A stretch of DNA of 36,493 nt from a virus, in IMG/VR virus record IMGVR_UViG_3300021256_000040, one strand, 5' to 3'. A program made the position numbers and the translations under genes. The notes under the pieces were generated by a model, which saw only the letters and a program-made list of their open reading frames with translations, was not told the DNA's origin and did not search any database. This document shows positions 31,491 to 36,493 of this stretch, piece by piece. The number at the start of each line of letters is the position of its first letter. Position 1 is the stretch's first letter.

Positions 31491-32137
31491 TTCTTTTCTC
31501 CTTTCTCGAATCCGTAATATTCTCGAATGGTCGTATCAACCATTTTCAAATCGTTGTCAATTTCATCATTTTCAAACATGCCGATTGGACTTTTTACGGT
31601 ATCATTTCCGCCATTATGCGTGGTAAAAAAGTACCGTCCATCCTTGCAGTGAGCACCAAGTACGATTGTTGCAAGTGATTCAGGACTAACATACTGGTCT
31701 ACCATTTTTCCTACTGTCTTTGATTTGTAGGATTGATTTGTATTGTCGTACTCCGTATGCATTAAAAAGTAGACAATTACATCATCATTGGCTTTGCCGA
31801 TGCTATCCATAAGGTCAATCCATCGCTTTGCAATTTCTGTGAACTTGTCATATCCTCTTTCATTTGCCCTGTCTAACAATTCGAAAGCCATAAGGAATTG
31901 AGCATCATCAACAATGAAAGATTTAATCTTGTCTTGATATTTTTTAATTCCTCCTTCAATGTATTGATATCTTTCATATGTTGAAAGACTTCTCAAATTG
32001 ATGCACTTCAAATCATTTTTAAAAGGCAACAGTTTACCAGCGGTGTTGAAAATCATGCATTCATTGCGTTTCATATTTCGCAAAGAAGCAGATTTTCCAT
32101 TACCGCTATTGCCTAAAATTAGAACAACCTGTCCCAT
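31487..32137 (-). CDS. Sak4-like RecA-fold ATPase (AAA_24 family) recombination protein
   Basis: Walker A is ILGNSGNGKSAS and Walker B-like is FIVDDAQ. The size and neighbourhood (Gp157, DUF669 SSB) are typical. Confidence 0.8.
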   Translation of the reverse strand: MGQVVLILGNSGNGKSASLRNMKRNECMIFNTAGKLLPFKNDLKCINLRSLSTYERYQYIEGGIKKYQDKIKSFIVDDAQFLMAFELLDRANERGYDKFTEIAKRWIDLMDSIGKANDDVIVYFLMHTEYDNTNQSYKSKTVGKMVDQYVSPESLATIVLGAHCKDGRYFFTTHNGGNDTVKSPIGMFENDEIDNDLKMVDTTIREYYGFEKGEKK

Positions 32138-32139
32138 TT

Positions 32140-32316
32140 TTAATCACCTTGATTTTGATTGTTTAATCTATCATTGATTTCAATGCGGACGTCTTCGATG
32201 GTTTGAACAATTTTTAAAATCGTTTCTTTATTAACGAATTGATCTCTTGTTACCAATTCTTCAATGTCATCAATCAACACCTTTAGCAATGCTTCATATA
32301 CTTTTTCCATTTTCAT
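32140..32316 (-). CDS. Small helical protein (58 aa, below the ORF-track cutoff)
   Basis: Hand translation gives MKMEKVYEALLKVLIDDIEELVTRDQFVNKETILKIVQTIEDVRIEINDRLNNQNQGD. AAAGGAA lies upstream. The stop is 2 nt before the ATPase start. Confidence 0.55.
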   Translation of the reverse strand: MKMEKVYEALLKVLIDDIEELVTRDQFVNKETILKIVQTIEDVRIEINDRLNNQNQGD

Positions 32317-32518
32317 TTTTATTCCTTTCTAATCAGCACCACCAAACTACATGTAGACGATTTTTGAATCTCAAACGTTATAGGAAAAGAAAAATCATGA
32401 AAACAAATTTATATTTAAAGAAGAATATTTTACGGTTGTTAGTTGCTGTTAATCATTTGCCTACATGCAGTTTGATGATGCCGATTTATTTTGATATAAT
32501 TCAATTGTTGTTGCGTGG

Positions 32519-32782
32519 CTATCTGTTTGATTTATCAATCAGGTAGCTTTTTTCATAAGCCTTGTCTATGTCTTTTTCTGTAAGACCTATGAATTTCATG
32601 ACGCGTTTGGTTAAAAGGATTCCGTCCATAGATTCGATTCCTTCGCGTTTCATATCGGATTGAATTGATTTCCAAATAGTATCAATTTCGCGTTGTTTGC
32701 ATCCTGTAAATGGACGTATATCACTTTTACGCATCCATCCGCGCGTTTTCATTTCGTATCTAAATTTTGGGTCAATTTTCAC
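32519..32782 (-). CDS. Putative small DNA-binding protein (87 aa, GTG start)
   Basis: The GTG at 32782 has GGAGGA 7 nt upstream. It is basic, and WMRKSDIRPFTGCKQREIDTIWKSI resembles excisionase/winged-helix-like phage proteins. The function call is weak. Confidence 0.5.
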   Translation of the reverse strand: MKIDPKFRYEMKTRGWMRKSDIRPFTGCKQREIDTIWKSIQSDMKREGIESMDGILLTKRVMKFIGLTEKDIDKAYEKSYLIDKSNR

Positions 32783-32786
32783 ATGA

Positions 32787-32957
32787 TCATCCTCCTAGAA
32801 ATCCAACAATTAGAATTGATAAAAAAGTGAATATGATTCCAATTAAAGCATCGTGCTTATCTTTTTCTTCTTGCCTTTGCTTTCGGATTGTCTCACGCTC
32901 TTTACGTTCGCGTTGGAGCGTCAATTCATTAACGTGTTTCATCATTTCCCAATCCAT
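32787..32957 (-). CDS. Small C-terminally membrane-anchored protein (56 aa, below the ORF-track cutoff)
   Basis: Hand translation gives MDWEMMKHVNELTLQRERKERETIRKQRQEEKDKHDALIGIIFTFLSILIVGFLGG. The ATG overlaps the upstream stop (TGATG). Confidence 0.55.
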   Translation of the reverse strand: MDWEMMKHVNELTLQRERKERETIRKQRQEEKDKHDALIGIIFTFLSILIVGFLGG

Positions 32958-33244
32958 CAAAACAACCTCCCTTGCACATTTTTTAATTTCATGAATTGCT
33001 TCATCATTTCAAAAAGTGCGTCCAAATTATCAAAGTCATATCCAATTCCGTAAGTATGCTTTTCATTGTCTATCTGTAGCATGTACATGTTGCGTTTTGC
33101 ATAGCTCAGGTAATCGATGTAGATATCAAACAAATAGCCATTGTTTTTGAAATGGATACAATCTTTGCCAAGATGATCGGTCCAATAAGTACAGATTCCG
33201 AACCGCTCTTCTATAACTTTTTTGAGCTCTTCAATTTTCAACAT
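32957..33244 (-). CDS. Hypothetical early protein (95 aa)
   Basis: ATG start with a 7-nt overlap with the antirepressor stop. No family recognised. Confidence 0.6.
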   Translation of the reverse strand: MLKIEELKKVIEERFGICTYWTDHLGKDCIHFKNNGYLFDIYIDYLSYAKRNMYMLQIDNEKHTYGIGYDFDNLDALFEMMKQFMKLKNVQGRLF

Positions 33245-34011
33245 TTCTGTTCACCGCAGAATTTGTTAACAAAGTAGATTTGGCCTTTTCCTGTTACTTT
33301 TGTTGTTTTCGTAATTCGAACAGAACCATCAGGATTATTGATTGTGCGTTCTTTTACTCGGAACAAATTCATTTGCATAGCTCTTTGAGTAGGCATGTTT
33401 TTGCTTGATCCACTTTTGATTAAGTACCCGTTGTCACGCATCCAAGCGAACAAACGCTTTTGACCGATATCATGACCATTCTGTTTGATAAGTTTAGCCA
33501 AATCGCCAATCAAGATATCTGTTTCACTATCATTGACCGCATCCGCGAATAATGCTTTCGGTTTCATTCGCTCAATCACAACGTCTTTTTCTTTCAATTG
33601 GTCGGCGGCCTGTTGAAGCAAATCAATCAAGCTTGATTTATTGTGAGTGATGTCGTAGGCTTTCTCGTCAGTGAGATAGGCACCACTTTTTCTGATTTGT
33701 GGTAACACCTCGCTTGTTACCCAATGCTTGAATTTTTTAGCGGATGGTAACTTTGAGCCAAAAATTAATGCATATACACCGGATTCATTGATAAAAGTAG
33801 TTTGAGTTTTTACCAGATGCCCATTTTGGGAATGTGCTTCCATCATTAATGATTCTTTGTCTTCTTCATCAACATGCGTCATTACCGCTTTACTTGAGTT
33901 TGAATAGCCTAAAATATCAGCTACATCCTTACCGACAAAATAAGGTTCATCATTAATAATCAATGTTCTTACTTCATGTTCTTCAAAATTAAATAGTTTT
34001 ACTTCGTTCAT
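33238..34011 (-). CDS. Phage antirepressor (BRO-N domain plus KilAC/ANT domain)
   Basis: The N-terminus FNFEEHEVRTLIINDEPYFVGKDVADILGY is BRO-N-like. The C-terminus LFAWMRDNGYLIK...PTQRAMQMNLFRVKE is KilAC/ANT-like. AAGGAGG RBS. Confidence 0.88.
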   Translation of the reverse strand: MNEVKLFNFEEHEVRTLIINDEPYFVGKDVADILGYSNSSKAVMTHVDEEDKESLMMEAHSQNGHLVKTQTTFINESGVYALIFGSKLPSAKKFKHWVTSEVLPQIRKSGAYLTDEKAYDITHNKSSLIDLLQQAADQLKEKDVVIERMKPKALFADAVNDSETDILIGDLAKLIKQNGHDIGQKRLFAWMRDNGYLIKSGSSKNMPTQRAMQMNLFRVKERTINNPDGSVRITKTTKVTGKGQIYFVNKFCGEQKC

Positions 34012-34039
34012 TACCGTCCTCCTTTTTTGTTCATTTGAG

Positions 34040-34060
34040 ATGTACGTGTTTAACGTCCTT
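34040..34060. promoter_or_regulatory. Operator-like 21-mer upstream of the antirepressor gene
   Basis: ATGTACGTGTTTAACGTCCTT is identical at 20 of 21 positions to the site at 34309..34329. It has inverted ACGT arms. Confidence 0.6.
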
Positions 34061-34074
34061 TGATTTTAAAAAAA

Positions 34075-34287
34075 TTAATCAATATGAATCATATTGATAT
34101 CTTTGATATTAGCTATTTTTGCTAATGCCATAATTTCAATCACGGTCCATTTTGAATAACCAAGTTCTCTATCTTGAATCATTCTTCCATTGATTTTTGT
34201 TCCTGTGATTTTTTTGATTTCGTTTGCTAATTCATCGCGACTTAAACCAAGGTTGATTCGAATAGATTGTGGCGTGAATGAGTTCAT
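34075..34287 (-). CDS. Cro-like XRE-family HTH regulator
   Basis: 70 aa with IRINLGLSRDELANEI as the HTH. It is the first gene of the leftward early operon, divergent from the repressor. AAGGAG RBS. Confidence 0.8.
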   Translation of the reverse strand: MNSFTPQSIRINLGLSRDELANEIKKITGTKINGRMIQDRELGYSKWTVIEIMALAKIANIKDINMIHID

Positions 34288-34308
34288 TACTGTTTTTCAT
34301 CTCCTTTC

Positions 34309-34329
34309 ATGTACGTCTTTAACGTCCTT
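34309..34329. promoter_or_regulatory. Operator site O1 (just downstream of the early promoter -10)
   Basis: ATGTACGTCTTTAACGTCCTT, with core ACGTCTTTAACGT at 34313..34325. Confidence 0.6.
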
Positions 34330-34337
34330 GCATGCAC

Positions 34338-34366
34338 ATATTACACCTACATTTGTACGTTGTCAA
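34338..34366 (-). promoter_or_regulatory. Early lytic promoter (PR-like) for cro and downstream genes
   Basis: The minus strand reads TTGACA (34366..34361), a 17-nt spacer, then TAATAT (34343..34338). The -35 is consensus and the -10 is near-consensus. Confidence 0.75.
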
Positions 34367-34369
34367 CGG
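34355..34369. promoter_or_regulatory. Operator site O2 (degenerate, overlaps the -35 of the early promoter)
   Basis: GTACGTTGTCAACGG matches the operator consensus at about 11 of 16 positions. Confidence 0.45.
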
Positions 34370-34404
34370 CTTTTTTGCATGTTTATACTTTTTTTACTTG
34401 CTTT

Positions 34405-34422
34405 TATACGTTTTTAACGTTT
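34405..34422. promoter_or_regulatory. Operator site O3 (overlaps the -35 region of the repressor promoter)
   Basis: TATACGTTTTTAACGTTT, with core ACGTTTTTAACGT and symmetric ACGTT/AACGT arms. Confidence 0.55.
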
Positions 34423-34435
34423 TTTATGGTATTAT
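34407..34435 (+). promoter_or_regulatory. Repressor maintenance promoter candidate (extended -10 type)
   Basis: TATGgTATTAT at 34425..34435 fits a TRTG-n-TATAAT extended -10. The -35 is weak. It lies about 25 nt upstream of the repressor ATG, with GGAG at 34449..34452. Confidence 0.5.
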
Positions 34436-34460
34436 AAGTTTAGGGTTTGGAGTTGATAAT

Positions 34461-34718
34461 ATGAGAAATAAAAAAGAAAAAACATTACTTATTTATCAAG
34501 GCAATTTGCTAAAAAAGTATCGTAAGGAAAACACATCATTAACTATGGAGTCAGCTGCGCAAAAGCTCGGTAAAGCTAAAACTTGGCTATCCGACATAGA
34601 AAATGGCAGAAACAATATATATGCTCAAGACGTAATTAAATTGCTTGAAATATACAATGTCGATGTTAATGATTTTGCACGTAACATGATGAACTACATA
34701 GATAAGATTAATGAATAA
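34461..34718 (+). CDS. cI-like repressor, XRE-family HTH only (85 aa)
   Basis: LKKYRKENTSLTMESAAQKLGKAKTWLSDIENGRNN is an XRE HTH. The ATG at 34461 has GGAG 8 nt upstream; the 43-aa hydrophobic extension in the ORF track is rejected. There is no peptidase S24-like C-terminal domain. Confidence 0.82.
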   Translation: MRNKKEKTLLIYQGNLLKKYRKENTSLTMESAAQKLGKAKTWLSDIENGRNNIYAQDVIKLLEIYNVDVNDFARNMMNYIDKINE

Positions 34719-34779
34719 ACTAACACTAATAATGTCATAAATATAATTAAAATTAAAAACAATAGAAAGAGGTAAAAAA

Positions 34780-35058
34780 ATGGGACTATTAAAATCAAAA
34801 GAAGAAAAAGAACAATTAAAAGATGCAAAAGAACAAGAATTTTTAGAAAATTACGGATTGACTGGACTTACTGGAAAAGATGCCGAATCAGTGCATGAGA
34901 TAGCAAATGAATTGATTGGATCAAAAGTCATGGAAATTGGTGCAAGGCTTAATTTTGCTACAAAAAGTGAGGATTTGCTAAAGATTGGATACCTAAGAGC
35001 CATTTACGAGCAGAATTGGATAATCATCAGACAATTAGATAAATTGAATAAAAAATAA
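34780..35058 (+). CDS. Hypothetical 92-aa lysogeny-module protein
   Basis: The ATG at 34780 has AAGAGG upstream. It lies between the repressor and integrase on the lysogenic strand. No family recognised. Confidence 0.7.
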   Translation: MGLLKSKEEKEQLKDAKEQEFLENYGLTGLTGKDAESVHEIANELIGSKVMEIGARLNFATKSEDLLKIGYLRAIYEQNWIIIRQLDKLNKK

Positions 35059-35096
35059 AAAAAGGCCTATCAGCATTTGGGACGATGCTAACAGGC
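35051..35096. terminator. Hairpin after the repressor operon (orientation ambiguous)
   Basis: GCCTATCAGCAT (35065..35076) pairs with ATGCTAACAGGC (35085..35096) at 10 of 12 positions around an 8-nt loop. The A-run is upstream on the plus strand, so the U-tract is only present for minus-strand transcripts. Confidence 0.4.
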
Positions 35097-35349
35097 AAAG
35101 CAACAAAAAGCGCCGTCAAGCGTATAAATCAAAATCAATTAATCCATACATGCTTTTTGTATGCTCATTATACCATCAAAAAAGCCATTGTTACAACTTT
35201 ATCCTTTTTCACGGAGTTACAACAATAGCTGGTTAACGGTTAACCGTTCGCGCCCTAAAAAAGCAGGGAACGAACAAGGCGGCGCTAAGGCCTAAATTAC
35301 ATTAATTAAATGCATATAAAGTATACAACAGAAAGGAGAAAAAAGCAAA

Positions 35350-36429
35350 ATGGCAGTACGCAAAGACGAAAAAAGAAAAACATGGTATTACTACGGAAAA
35401 CGCAAATTGATGGATGGTACATACAAATACTATAAAAAGCGTGGTTTTTCCACAAAACGCGAGGCCGTGCAAGCAGAGCAAATATATTTGATGTCATTTT
35501 CCTCGGCCAACATCAAGCTCAACGAGCTAGTATCCATCGTGGATAAGATAAGTGACAAGCGATTGAAACAGACCACGATGAAGACACGCAAATCAACGTA
35601 TGCTTGCGAAATCATGCCGTATTTGGGTGATAAATATTTGAAAGATATATCCGTCATGGATATAGAAAAGTGGCTAGGATTGCTTAAAAACATGAACTTA
35701 AAAGCAAGCTCTATCAATACGGCAAAAGGAATACTATCCGTATATTTGAATCAAGCGGTAAGACTTGGATATATACAATCCAATCCGTGCATGCTTGTCC
35801 ACAATGTGAAAAACAATACTATCGCGAAAAAGCGCAACTTTTGGGAGCTAAACGAGTTCCGACAATTCATATCATGCGTTGACGATGAATTTTGCAGAGA
35901 TGCTTTTACATTCCTTTATGGCACTGGCTTACGCAGAGGTGAGTTCCTAGCGCTCCAGTGGAAGGATGTTGATTTTGAAAATGAGCAAATCCATATCACA
36001 AAAACTCTAAATTTCAAAAGCAGAGAAAGCTATACTTTCACAACACCAAAAACAAAAAATTCCATTCGTAATATTGATTTACAAAAATCATTAATGGATA
36101 TCCTCAACAAAAGATATGATCATGCTAAAAAATTAGATGGATTCAATCAAGATTATTTCGTATTTGGCGATTTTCGGCCATGCACGATTAATAAGCTAAG
36201 GTATAATCTCAAACATTACATTCAAAAATCGGGTGTGTCAAAAATATCAATTCATGGGTTGCGTCATAGCCACGCTACATATCTGATTCAGACTGGAAAA
36301 GTTGACGATCAACTCATAGCAGATAGGCTTGGTCATACTGTCCAAATGCTGCGCAATACATACGCTCATATATATCGCAAGCAAAGAGATGATATCAAGA
36401 GCGTACTTGATGATATTGAGAAAAAGTAG
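35350..36429 (+). CDS. int: Tyrosine recombinase / phage integrase
   Basis: Catalytic pattern GTGLRRGE (R), HGLRHSHA (H-x-x-R), LGH (H) and TYAHIY (Y). The N-terminal domain is SAM-like. AAAGGAG RBS. Confidence 0.93.
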   Translation: MAVRKDEKRKTWYYYGKRKLMDGTYKYYKKRGFSTKREAVQAEQIYLMSFSSANIKLNELVSIVDKISDKRLKQTTMKTRKSTYACEIMPYLGDKYLKDISVMDIEKWLGLLKNMNLKASSINTAKGILSVYLNQAVRLGYIQSNPCMLVHNVKNNTIAKKRNFWELNEFRQFISCVDDEFCRDAFTFLYGTGLRRGEFLALQWKDVDFENEQIHITKTLNFKSRESYTFTTPKTKNSIRNIDLQKSLMDILNKRYDHAKKLDGFNQDYFVFGDFRPCTINKLRYNLKHYIQKSGVSKISIHGLRHSHATYLIQTGKVDDQLIADRLGHTVQMLRNTYAHIYRKQRDDIKSVLDDIEKK

Positions 36430-36493
36430 GCCAAAAGTAGGCCAAAGCATTAAAAAGTACCATATATAAAGCACTTGCGTTTTTATCATTTAA
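36367..36493. repeat. Terminal direct repeat, exact copy of 1..127
   Basis: Same comparison as for 1..127. Confidence 0.97.

Larger units (their letters stand above)
1..36493. mobile_element. Complete temperate siphovirus-type phage genome on a circularly closed contig (36,366 bp unique)
   Basis: Lysogeny, replication/recombination, packaging, HK97-type head, non-contractile tail and lysis modules are all present in canonical order. The window ends overlap exactly by 127 nt. The sequence is AT-rich with GGAGG-type RBS throughout. Confidence 0.9.

Noticed and set aside
34332-34460. 43-codon hydrophobic N-terminal extension of the repressor ORF (MHILHLHLYVV...).
   Set aside because: It runs through the divergent promoter/operator region. 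The ATG at 34461 has its own GGAG RBS and yields a complete XRE-type HTH protein.
35306-36489. Minus-strand ORFs antisense to the integrase gene (35306..35497, 35430..35717, 36247..36489).
   Set aside because: They are antisense to a gene with a full tyrosine-recombinase catalytic signature. Their translations are hydrophobic and low-complexity, and there are no RBS.

Overview
This 36,493-nt window is one complete, circularly closed genome of a temperate long-tailed phage. It is siphovirus-type with an HK97-fold head, and its host looks like a low-GC Gram-positive bacterium. That host call rests on ~35% GC by eye, GGAGG-type ribosome-binding sites and a CHAP/SH3b/GH25 endolysin. Positions 1..127 are an exact copy of 36367..36493, so the unique length is 36,366 bp. 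Almost everything is coded on the minus strand. Only the lysogeny module (short cI-like repressor, a 92-aa unknown, tyrosine integrase) is on the plus strand. Following the minus strand from high to low coordinates, the modules are:
- divergent genetic switch (34288..34460), cro-like gene, BRO-N/KilAC antirepressor;
- recombination/replication module: Sak4-like ATPase, Gp157, DUF669-type SSB, ERCC4 nuclease, Toprim plus D5/P4 primase-helicase;
- about 16 small early genes, including dUTPase and one strikingly GC-rich gene;
- late-regulator candidate, HNH endonuclease, a GC-rich candidate cos region, and an orphan HsdM-like methyltransferase fused to an HsdS-like recognition domain;
- TerS, TerL, portal, ClpP-type prohead protease, major capsid protein, neck proteins and major tail protein;
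- tail chaperones with a -1 frameshift site, tape measure, Dit, Tal, a two-domain tail lysin, a BppU-like protein and small receptor-binding candidates;
- holin, a membrane coiled-coil protein and the endolysin;
- a strong terminator, then an insulated two-gene accessory cassette (310..1070) next to the presumed attP.
I saw no rRNA, tRNA, CRISPR array, transposase or reverse transcriptase. Several ORF-track starts are GTG/TTG maximal extensions, and I moved them to ATG starts with good RBS where I could read it. I also added four ORFs shorter than 60 aa. The items most worth a second look are:
- the insulated accessory cassette (274..1141);
- the GC-island early gene (25940..26350);
- the switch design, with the same 21-mer in front of both cro and the antirepressor;
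- the M-S fusion methyltransferase;
- the endolysin architecture with a C-terminal amphipathic helix;
- a 9-residue C-terminal tag shared by Tal and the tail lysin.
All family assignments come from reading motifs by eye; no database search was run.
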